From the NCBI GenBank assembly GCA_000092065.1, contig CP000583.1: a stretch of DNA of 64,000 bases; one strand, given 5' to 3'. Each line of letters begins with the position of its first letter. Position 1 is the first letter of the stretch. A program made the position numbers and the translations under genes. The notes under the pieces are model-generated. The model had not been told where the DNA came from, did not search any database, and saw only the letters and a list, made by a program, of their open reading frames with translations. Origin of the DNA: Ostreococcus lucimarinus. Lineage: Eukaryota. This document shows positions 10,326 to 18,970 of the stretch, piece after piece.

Positions 10326-11363
10326 CTACTTTCTAGAGTCCGCCCAAATCGCAGCCGCTACCAATCCGACGACGACGTTTTCCATTTCGCGCTTTCGATT
10401 GAGAAAATTCAAGACGAACATCATCGCCGCAGCGTGCGGTTCCACCGCCGTTCGCAACACGGGAACCACCGCCGACGTCGAGATCAACATCAACGCCTGA
10501 TTGAGCACCAGCATCGTCCGTTGTCGCAAATACTTACGTTTGACGAGCGTTTGCAGGAAGAATTCGAGCACGTACGCCGCATTGAGCAAGAACCAAAACG
10601 CGCGCCACTCAAACAGGCTGATCAAATCCACCGGACGCATCGCCAGACTGACGTTTAATCCGTGCAAAAGCACCGTCTTATACAGCACATACTGCCACTT
10701 CTTCACGCGATACATGCAGCTCTCGAAATCTCGCATCCCGTCCCGATAATTGTTAGAGAACGAATTGATCGGAAAACGACTGCGCGCCGTCCACGCCGAA
10801 GTCGCCAGCAAGCACGCCGTCGCGCGCGTCTCCGCCGAACTTCTCACGAACCACGGCTGAGCGACGCAGTGCACGTACGCAATCTGAAATCCATTCACCA
10901 CGTGGTAAAACGCGTGCTCGAGCATCTCCGCCCCCGTCACCGCCGTCTTCGCGTGCAGCACGCCGCTCCGCACGCCGAGCTGTCGCCGCTCCGCGTGCTC
11001 GTGCGCCTTTGCAAAGTCCCAATGCGCCGTCAGCGTCAGCACGAGCCCACTGACGAACAACATCGCGTCCATCGTCGCCGCGTCGAGGTTCGTCTTTCGA
11101 TGCGCGACGACGTGCGCGCAATATAACGTGAGCACGCCGAGGTGCAGGCTTCCCGAAATTCTGTGTCGACGACCGAATTTACCCAAAAACGCGCGTCTCG
11201 AGCGCGCCGAGACGAGAAGAACGACGGCGAAGTACGACGCGATACACAGAGACGCGCATTCGCGCGCGTCGACGCGCATGCGCGCGTCGCCGCGCGCGTC
11301 GAAGCGCGGCGAAGTCTGCGGAAGCGGCGCTGCGTCCGCAGCGCTGCGTCGCGAATGCGCCAC
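10326..11363 (-). CDS. Hypothetical multi-pass integral membrane protein
   Basis: 345-aa ORF with several hydrophobic helices and His-containing motifs (EHAFYHVVNGF). Divergent partner of the TFIIE-beta gene. Family not recognised. Confidence 0.45.
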   Translation of the reverse strand: MAHSRRSAADAAPLPQTSPRFDARGDARMRVDARECASLCIASYFAVVLLVSARSRRAFLGKFGRRHRISGSLHLGVLTLYCAHVVAHRKTNLDAATMDAMLFVSGLVLTLTAHWDFAKAHEHAERRQLGVRSGVLHAKTAVTGAEMLEHAFYHVVNGFQIAYVHCVAQPWFVRSSAETRATACLLATSAWTARSRFPINSFSNNYRDGMRDFESCMYRVKKWQYVLYKTVLLHGLNVSLAMRPVDLISLFEWRAFWFLLNAAYVLEFFLQTLVKRKYLRQRTMLVLNQALMLISTSAVVPVLRTAVEPHAAAMMFVLNFLNRKREMENVVVGLVAAAIWADSRK

Positions 11364-11439
11364 TCAACGACGCGTGCGGGTGCGCGCTCGAAAGGCGAGT
11401 CGAGTGAGACAGCGCGCGCACGCATCGCGATCGCTCGTC

Positions 11440-12330
11440 ATGGCGGGGTCGTCCAAACGCAAGGCGTCGGTGCTGGAGAAGACGCTGAATAAGTACCGCT
11501 CTGGGCAAAAGGCGGCATCGAAGATCATGACCGCGGCGGCGCGCGATCGCGCGGCGCTGGACGCGCGATCGGAGGCGCAGTACGCGCGCATGAAAGCCGC
11601 GGCGGAGGCGCAGAAGCTCGCGGAGGCGGCGGCGATCGCGGCGATGGAGGCGGAGGCGAAACCCGTGGAGCCGGTCAAGGTGGTGGCGACGAATCTGCTG
11701 GCGAAGCAGAAACACGCGATCGATACGCTCTTCGCGCAGCGACGACCGATGTCGAACGATGATTTGAGAGTTTTCTTGGGCTTTGATTGCAACGTCGGAC
11801 CGCTGTTCGAGTCGCTGAAGAATCACGAGAAGGTTCGATACGACGCGGCGAAGGGGCTGTTCGAGTACAGGGCGAAGCACGACGTGTTGTGCAAGGAGGA
11901 CGTGTTGGAGCTGGTGAATTCGACGCCCGATGGATTAGCGATCGATGAAATCGTCGATGCGTACGTCAAGGCAAAGGATGATGCGATCGCACTCGCGGAA
12001 GAAGACGATGCGGTGATCATGTTGACGAACACGGAGACGAAGAAGAAGGTTTTGTTTAGAAAGCAGCCCGAGTACGAAGTCGACTTGAGTGAAGATTTCG
12101 TCGGATCCTTTCACGACATAGAGATCCCCGAGTACGACGTGGACTTCGATAAGGCGTTGCGCAGAGAGGGGATCGAACCGACACCGCGTCCAGTGTACGA
12201 CTTGGGCCCAGCGCCTGAGGTGGAAAAGAAGAAGAAGAAACGCGCGGTGAACTTTGAGCGCATGAACGTCACCAACGCGCACATGCCCGAGTTGTTCAAG
12301 GCGGCGCAAGTCGACCGATTGGACGGCTAA
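11440..12330 (+). CDS. General transcription factor IIE beta subunit
   Basis: ATG at 11440 (MAGSSKRKAS). The C-terminal half (VIMLTNTETKKKVLFRKQPEYEVDLSEDF...KKKKKRAVNFERMNVTNAHM) is collinear with TFIIE-beta (…ILFFNDKSCQFSVDEEF…KKRRFKTHNEHL). The winged-helix region is similar. Confidence 0.7.
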   Translation: MAGSSKRKASVLEKTLNKYRSGQKAASKIMTAAARDRAALDARSEAQYARMKAAAEAQKLAEAAAIAAMEAEAKPVEPVKVVATNLLAKQKHAIDTLFAQRRPMSNDDLRVFLGFDCNVGPLFESLKNHEKVRYDAAKGLFEYRAKHDVLCKEDVLELVNSTPDGLAIDEIVDAYVKAKDDAIALAEEDDAVIMLTNTETKKKVLFRKQPEYEVDLSEDFVGSFHDIEIPEYDVDFDKALRREGIEPTPRPVYDLGPAPEVEKKKKKRAVNFERMNVTNAHMPELFKAAQVDRLDG

Positions 12331-12482
12331 GTGAGTATTAGCGAGGGACAGTGTAATATGAGTAGATGCTGAAACAGAGTAAAACTTGAATTGAAATCAT
12401 CAAGAGGCGCCGCGTTTTCGTGAGTCGTAAAACAAAGTAAAAGTAATCATCAGGGCGGCTTTGGGCTGCTTAAAGCGTCAAT

Positions 12483-12881
12483 TCAAGACTGACGCATGCA
12501 TTCGTTCGAGATGCCACATTTTCCGAGTGCTTTAACTTCGTCGGACTCGAAGCCATCGTACTTCTTGAGGCAATCGAGAGCGCACTCTCGACCTTCGTCG
12601 CGGCAGTCGCGAAGGCAGCGCGTCGTCATGCGGCACGTCGAATCGTGCGCGCAGTCCTTCAATTCTCGACCACAATTATGAAGGAGGCATCGTAAAACGG
12701 CTCGATTGTCATCGCTGACTTTCTTTCCTTCGCGCACGCGCGCCCACCACCCGTCCGAGCACGGTTTCCACATGTGCTTCTTGTGGTGCTTCCACCCAGC
12801 CTCAGCTGGTTGTGCCACAGCGGCAATCAAGGCGACGATGACGAGCAAGAACGCCCGAGCGCTGAGTTTCGTGTTGAACAT
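12483..12881 (-). CDS. Small secreted cysteine-rich protein (signal peptide plus about 11 Cys in 105 mature residues)
   Basis: The N-terminus MFNTKLSARAFLLVIVALIAAVAQPAEA is a canonical signal peptide. The mature part is rich in Cys, Asp and Arg (CLLHNCGRELKDCAHDSTCRMTTRCLRDCRDEGRECALDCLKKYDGFESDEVKALGKCGISNEC). It sits in a relatively AT-rich spacer. Confidence 0.55.
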   Translation of the reverse strand: MFNTKLSARAFLLVIVALIAAVAQPAEAGWKHHKKHMWKPCSDGWWARVREGKKVSDDNRAVLRCLLHNCGRELKDCAHDSTCRMTTRCLRDCRDEGRECALDCLKKYDGFESDEVKALGKCGISNECMRQS

Positions 12882-13032
12882 TGAAAATGTAAAGTTCGTT
12901 TTCTTTCGCGACGCGCGTCCGTGCGTTGAAGTGAAGTGACTACGAACGAGGGGGCTTCACATGGCATTAAACGAGGCACATGAGTGGCTGTGATTCTCTC
13001 GGCGAGTGTGAGAGCCTCGTTGGGCTTGTTGA

Positions 13033-13045
13033 TTTATAAATCGTC
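13033..13045. promoter_or_regulatory. Palindromic TATA-like element (TTTATAAAT) about 155 bp upstream of the Cys-rich protein start
   Basis: Sequence gatttataaatcg lies in an otherwise GC-rich genome. It is positioned upstream of the minus-strand ATG at 12881. Confidence 0.25.
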
Positions 13046-13197
13046 GCCGATCGCCGCGTGACGTCAACAGACGTGGGCTTTAACGATGCAATCCGAGGTC
13101 CGAGAAGCGTTGCAGATCGCGAGAGGATCGACATCGACAGTAAACCATGTGTTATTCGGTATACAAAAATGCCAAGCGCGGGCTATGATGTAAAGCT

Positions 13198-15315
13198 TTA
13201 CGGCGGAGAGATGAACGCGTGACGCATCGGCTTCACCGCGCCCAGAGGAGTTTCCGGTGGTAAATGAGAAGCGTCGATGTTCCCACTCGCCACGGCATCG
13301 GCCATAATGGCGATAGATTTGATTCCACGCGGTGCTGTTCCTTGACGCTTCGGTGTTTGCACGGTGGCGCCGTACTTGACGTTTCCTTCGGAGTGCATGA
13401 AAGCGGGCGCAGGAGCCGCCTTGACGACTGGAGCCGGTGGTACCATCTCCGCGATAGGTGCCTCGGTCGGCATGACGATTGAAGCGTTCGCAGCGTACGC
13501 TGCTTTTTCTAAATTACGCTGAGCTGTCTTCACATACTGAGTTCGCCAAATCTCTTCGTCACACGTCGCCTCGGCGGCAGCATAAGCAGCGAGACTCGTC
13601 TCGGCGCGGAGTAAAGCCTTGTTGGTCACCAAATGAGCAGCCATTTCACTGCGAAGTAATTCTTCAATCACCGAGCGTGGTGCTGATTGGTCGCACATCA
13701 AATCGAAACGCGACGTCAGCGACGACAGACTTTGTTGCATCCCGATGAGTTTATGCGCCAAAATCGCGCTCCCTTGAATGACGCGATCGTTTTCCGTGCC
13801 GTGCGACGTACCCTCGCCCTTCATCTTTGCCATTTGAATTTGCAGCTGATGCATCGCCGTCTCAGAGTTGCTCAACAGTTGCTCGAGTCGGCCGACTAAC
13901 ACTTTGTATTCCGCTGCCTCTCTCTCAGCCTTGTGCTGACAAAGTTGTGCCGCCGCAGCCGTCATGTGCAGTTCGCACGATCTTGTGATGGCACCGTGAA
14001 GCTCGTCTCGTAGGGAACCATCCGGAATCTGATCAATACTCTCGCGAGTTGCTTGCGCGATTTGTTCCTGCGCGAGCGCCGTGTCCTCATTAATTGCCCC
14101 GAGATCGAGCTCGACTTGACGAATCCCTCGAATTGGTCGAGAAGGAGACATCACTGGCGCTTGAGGCTTGGTCGTCATTCGCGAAGGCTTCACCGGCGAC
14201 ATGGGAATACCACCAACCGAAGTGAGGGCGTCGAGGAGAACACCCATGCCGGCGTGCTGGTCGTCGTCCGACGTGTGCTCGGGCGTCATTTCTCCGTGTA
14301 CACTCGACAGCGACTGACGGGCCTTCTTCCGGCTTCGATCTTTCGCGGCAAGCGTGGACTTGGGAATCGCCGTCGACATCTGCGACGGTAGCACGAAAGC
14401 TGGGACCGTCCAGTGGTTGGACAACCCCTTGCGGTTGCTTCCGCACCCGCATTCAAGCTTGTCCGCGGTGAGAAGAACGTCGTCGCAGTTGCCCTTGGTA
14501 CCGATGATCTGCACCTGGGCGAGCAGTGGGCAAAGCTCGAGCGCTTGTAGGTTGAATCGAGTGACAGTCCACAAATAGTTATCGTCGTTGCCATACCTGT
14601 TCCTGTCGAGGTTTGTTGAGTACTCGTTGCCTTCCGCGTCGGACAACTGATGACGCCTAAGTTCTTCTGGCACTCTGTGCGTACCCGAGTTCAGCGCCAC
14701 AACCTTGGTACGGCGAGTGTTGACGCTGAGTAATTGCAGAATGTTACGAGCACCATCCGTACGTTGGCTTTCAGCCATATCCAAAGCGCGGAGCGTCTGC
14801 AGAAAAGCGCTCGTCACCGATGGACACGCCTCTGTCATCTTTGGCAACTGCTTTTTAACAATCGCCGGAATAGCGTGCTCGTAGTGTTCCCAATGAAAAT
14901 TGATACGATATAAAAGTTGGTTGTTCGTCGGACGTTGCCTCGGCGTCGTCGCGTCCCTCGCCGCGTTGGGGGATTTCATCGTCGCCGGGCTCAACTTTTT
15001 ACCGCCGCTCGCGTGCGAGCCAGCGTTGGACGATTTCCCTACGCTTCTTTGCTGCGTCGACGCCGACGCCTTGAATCCCAAACCCGACTCAATCTTCATA
15101 CGTTTCGCCCCCGTCGCGCCGTTAACGTAACGCCCACCGTCATTCTCCGCATTCGAAGACCTCGACCCGCTCCTCGACATCGTCGACGTCGACGCCTCTG
15201 CCCGCGCTTCCTCCTCCTGCGTCCTCGGCCGCGTTCTCGCCACAAAATCTCCACCCTGAAGTCGGTTCATCGTCGGTTCATACTGCATTTGCCAAAAACC
15301 GTCGTCAGTCGCCAT
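13198..15315 (-). CDS. Hypothetical protein with leucine-rich-repeat-like and coiled-coil regions
   Basis: 705-aa ORF starting MATDDGFWQMQYEP. The middle has LRR-like periodicity (NILQLLSVNTRRTKVVALNSGTHRVPEEL...LQALELCPLLAQVQIIGTKGNCDDVLL). The C-terminal part is predicted coiled-coil. Confidence 0.5.
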   Translation of the reverse strand: MATDDGFWQMQYEPTMNRLQGGDFVARTRPRTQEEEARAEASTSTMSRSGSRSSNAENDGGRYVNGATGAKRMKIESGLGFKASASTQQRSVGKSSNAGSHASGGKKLSPATMKSPNAARDATTPRQRPTNNQLLYRINFHWEHYEHAIPAIVKKQLPKMTEACPSVTSAFLQTLRALDMAESQRTDGARNILQLLSVNTRRTKVVALNSGTHRVPEELRRHQLSDAEGNEYSTNLDRNRYGNDDNYLWTVTRFNLQALELCPLLAQVQIIGTKGNCDDVLLTADKLECGCGSNRKGLSNHWTVPAFVLPSQMSTAIPKSTLAAKDRSRKKARQSLSSVHGEMTPEHTSDDDQHAGMGVLLDALTSVGGIPMSPVKPSRMTTKPQAPVMSPSRPIRGIRQVELDLGAINEDTALAQEQIAQATRESIDQIPDGSLRDELHGAITRSCELHMTAAAAQLCQHKAEREAAEYKVLVGRLEQLLSNSETAMHQLQIQMAKMKGEGTSHGTENDRVIQGSAILAHKLIGMQQSLSSLTSRFDLMCDQSAPRSVIEELLRSEMAAHLVTNKALLRAETSLAAYAAAEATCDEEIWRTQYVKTAQRNLEKAAYAANASIVMPTEAPIAEMVPPAPVVKAAPAPAFMHSEGNVKYGATVQTPKRQGTAPRGIKSIAIMADAVASGNIDASHLPPETPLGAVKPMRHAFISPP

Positions 15316-15862
15316 CTACACGCGACGATGATCGCCGTCGCCGTCGTCCGGCGGTTACGCCGCCGGCGTCGATCGCGGATCGTCATCACGCCCATCTTCT
15401 TCCCCACCACCGCCCACATTCCCTTCCGTTTCGCGCGCGTTTACGAGATCACACCACCACGCACCTTCACCGGCGGTTTCCTCGCGCGAATCTCCCGCAT
15501 CACGCGCTCGCAGGGCGTCGTTCGCTCGATCGGAGTCGTCGTTTCGACACGTCGGTCGTCGTCGCGCGATGATGCCGTCGCCGTCGCGCGGTTCCGGACG
15601 CGTTTCGCGCGCGCGGGTGCGGCGCGTTCGTCTCACGACTTTCTGCTCGATTCGCGCGCGGGCGAGCGCGTTGGCGTCGTCGAGGACGTCGGGCGCGTCG
15701 TCGATTGCCGCCGACCGCCAATGCCGGAACGAAAAATTTGAATTTTGGCGGCAAAAGTGCAGAAGTGGTCAATTCGGCGGCGATCGATCGAGCGGTGCGA
15801 CGAAGGGCGAATGACGCACGCGCGACGAATGATTGACGTAGAATACAAAACGGTGAAGATGA

Positions 15863-17150
15863 CTAGGAAGCGCCGCGGTCGCCGGCGGCGACGAGGGCGC
15901 GGAGCTCGGAGATGCGCTGTTTCGACTTCTCAGCGGCAACCATGAGTTCGATTTCCTTCTCGCCACGGGCGCCGGGTTCGTATTTCATCACCGCCTTGGC
16001 CTTCTTGCGCTCGATCTTGCGGCGAGGCTCGATGATCTCGCGACGCTCGTACGATTTGAGGCGATCGCCAAGGAGAGAGACGCCTGGCTTGAGGGTGCGG
16101 AGGGAACCGCCGTCGAGCTCGTCGGCGAAACGGACGTCGGCGTCGGCTTCTTTGTGACGAAGCTTGCCAAGACGTGAAGGCTGAGACGCGCGACGTTCGG
16201 CGCGAACGGCGTTGCGACGCGCCAGGTTTGCCTTCCTTTCCTCTTCCTCGGCTTCGATCTCTTTGTTCAAAGCCTTGAGGTTGCTCAGGTCTCGTCTGAG
16301 CTGCTTCGCCTTCTTGTTCGCCTGTTCGATCGCCTCCGCCTCCGCGCGTCGCTTGAGCTTGTTTCGCTTCGTTCTAGTGTACTTATCCGCGTTTACCGCG
16401 GGATTGATGCTGAGCTTACCGTCGCCATCGCCGTCTTCGTCGTCCGTCTCGTCTTCCCCGAATCCGCTCTCGAAATACAACTCGTTGACCAAATTCGCCT
16501 CCGCCACGACGTTCGACACGGGCACCGTCACCGGATCTAAATACCTCGCCTGCTTCGCCTTAAACTCCTTCGCGAGCGCAACCGCGACGACGTCTTCGCG
16601 CGCATCTTTCGGGGGATTAAACGAACACCCCGGATGTTCGGGCGCCACCGCCTTCGCGTTCGTCGTCGGCGCGGTGAGTTTCCTCGCCAATTTATTCACC
16701 CCTCTCGCCCGCGGTGCCTTACTCGCCCACACATCGAACACGCCGTCCGCTTTCTTTCCTTTCGAGCCCGCGCCCTTCACCACCGGCTTCGCTTTCCCCT
16801 TGACCCGCACCGCCTCGAGCGCTCGACTCGGCGGCGGGTTACACATCTTCCCCGCCCGCAGCTTCACCGGCGTCGGGTACGCGCGCGCCGCCGGCGCCTT
16901 CTCACACGCCGCATCAATCTTCAGCGCGCGCTGTCGCGCGCGCTCGCGCTTCGTTCCCGCGTTGTCGCGCCCGCGCGCGCCGTTCGAGTCGCCGCCGCCG
17001 CCGCCGGCGCGGTCGACGTAAAACAGCGCGTCGTTCGTCTTCGTCGCCGCGTCCTCGCGCGCGCTCGGCGCGCGGACGGCGTCGGCGACGTCATCCGCGA
17101 GCGCGCGCCAGGCGGCTTTGCTGTTTCGTCGCTTGGGCATCGCGCGGCGG
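15863..17150 (-). CDS. NOP53: Ribosome biogenesis protein NOP53 (GLTSCR2 family)
   Basis: ATG at 17150 (MPKRRNSKAAWRAL). Diagnostic HPGCSFNP motif (HPGxSYNP in the family) and a K/E/R-rich C-terminus. The upstream part of the 836-aa ORF-track entry is an R/S/A-rich artefact. Confidence 0.7.
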
Positions 17151-17165
17151 CGCCGCGACGTCGCG

Positions 17166-18794
17166 ATGTGGCGTCTCGGCGTCTCGGCGGCGTCACTTCG
17201 CGCGCCTCGCGCGCGCGACGCGACGCGATTCGAGCGCCTCGAGCGCGCGGCGCGGCGCGATTCGCGCGGCATGCGTCGCGCGGCGCGAGAGACGATATAC
17301 GCCCTCGCCACCGCGCGCGGGCGCGCGGGCGTGAGCGTCGTGCGCGTGAGCGGGCCGAACGCGCGCGACGCGCTGCGGCTGACGAGACCGCCGGGAGGCG
17401 CGAATTCGAGCGACGGCGCGTCGTCGACGAACGCCGCGGACGCGCGCGCGCGGTCGCGGGCGGCGGAGACGAGCGCGACGGCCGCGGAGCACGGACGGTT
17501 GCGGTTGGTTGAGTTCGCGCGAGGCGACGCGGCGCGCGACGAACCGCCCATCGATGTGGGATTTGTCGCGGTGTTCGCGTCGCCGAGGTCGTTCACGGGA
17601 GAAGATGTGGTAGAATTACACGCGCACGGTTCGGCCGCGGTGCAGCGCGCGCTCATGGACGCGCTGGGGACGTTGGATAATTTTCGCGTCGCCGAAGCCG
17701 GGGAGTTTTCGAGGCGAGCGTTTAGAAACGGGAAGATGGATTTGACGCAGGCTGAGGGGTTGGCGGATCTCTTGGACGCGGATACGGAGGCGCAGAGACG
17801 ACAAGCGATGATGTTGTCGCGGAACGCGGCGCAGAGATCGATGTATGAGACTTGGAGGAAAGAGTTGTTGACGTGCGCCGCGTATTGCGAGGCGGCTTTA
17901 GATTTCGGCGAGGAGGAGGATATAGCGAGCGACGTGGTGGAGAGGAAAGTGCGCGAACGCGTCAAGGCGCTTCGCGATACGTTACAAAAGTATTTAGACG
18001 CACCCGCGCGTGGGGAGCTGATTCGTCGGGGCGTGCGCGTCGCCCTCGTGGGCTCGCCTAACGTGGGCAAGAGTTCGATGCTCAACGCGCTCGCCGGCCG
18101 CGACGCCGCCATCGTTTCGCCGCACGCGGGGACGACTAGAGACGTCCTAGAGGTGTCTCTCGAGCTCGGTGGGTACAAGGTCATCGTCAGCGATACTGCC
18201 GGTCTTCGTGAGACCGAAGACGACGTGGAAAAGCTTGGCATCGCTCGAGCGCTCGAGCGAGCCGAAGACGCCGACGTCGTCGTCGCCCTCGCGGACGCCA
18301 CTAACGACGCATCCAACATCGATCTCAAGGCGCTCAATTTATCGAAAAAGACAATCGTTAACGTATGGAACAAATCCGACGCGCTGAGTGACGGACAAAC
18401 GCGCGAGTTGATGGAGATTGAAAACGAAACCGCCGCGGATGGCTACGAAACCGCCGTCGTGAGCTGCCTCACCGGCGCCGGTCTCGACGGTTTCATCTCG
18501 ACTCTCACGCGCATCGTCGCTCAAAAGTGCACGATCGGCGATGACGCATCCGACGCCAACGATTCCACCCTCGCCATCACGCGTTCGCGCCATCGAGTCA
18601 ACCTCGCTCGGTGCGTCGCTTCGCTCGACGCCGCCGTCGCGCGCGCTCGCGCGTCCTCCGCCTCCGCCTCCGCGCTCGAGCTCGAGGCCGAGGAGTTAAA
18701 GCTCGCGGCGCGCGCCCTCGGTCGCGTCACCGGCGCGTACGACGTGGAAGACGTCTTAGACGTCGTCTTTCGCGATTTCTGTGTAGGAAAGTAG
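17166..18794 (+). CDS. mnmE: tRNA modification GTPase MnmE/TrmE (MSS1/GTPBP3-type, probably mitochondrial)
   Basis: N-domain IYALATARGRAGVSVVRVSGP. G-domain LVGSPNVGKSSMLNAL...TTRD...DTAGLRE. C-terminal FCVGK motif. Starts 15 bp from the divergent NOP53 ATG. Confidence 0.85.
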   Translation: MWRLGVSAASLRAPRARDATRFERLERAARRDSRGMRRAARETIYALATARGRAGVSVVRVSGPNARDALRLTRPPGGANSSDGASSTNAADARARSRAAETSATAAEHGRLRLVEFARGDAARDEPPIDVGFVAVFASPRSFTGEDVVELHAHGSAAVQRALMDALGTLDNFRVAEAGEFSRRAFRNGKMDLTQAEGLADLLDADTEAQRRQAMMLSRNAAQRSMYETWRKELLTCAAYCEAALDFGEEEDIASDVVERKVRERVKALRDTLQKYLDAPARGELIRRGVRVALVGSPNVGKSSMLNALAGRDAAIVSPHAGTTRDVLEVSLELGGYKVIVSDTAGLRETEDDVEKLGIARALERAEDADVVVALADATNDASNIDLKALNLSKKTIVNVWNKSDALSDGQTRELMEIENETAADGYETAVVSCLTGAGLDGFISTLTRIVAQKCTIGDDASDANDSTLAITRSRHRVNLARCVASLDAAVARARASSASASALELEAEELKLAARALGRVTGAYDVEDVLDVVFRDFCVGK

Positions 18795-18970
18795 CCCCCC
18801 TCGCCCGCCTCGCCTCCGAGTCGCGCCGCCGCTCGTCGCGCGCGCGAAATCTGGAAATCGTCCGCGCGGCGACCCCGCGCGACGTCGCATCGCGTCGCGT
18901 CGTGCGCGTTCGCGACGACCTCGCGCGTCACCGCGCCGCGACGACCGGCGCGCGCGGCGAAACGCACGAA

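Noticed and set aside
16212-17512. 269-aa and 292-aa plus-strand ORFs
   Set aside because: Antisense to NOP53. S/A/R low complexity.
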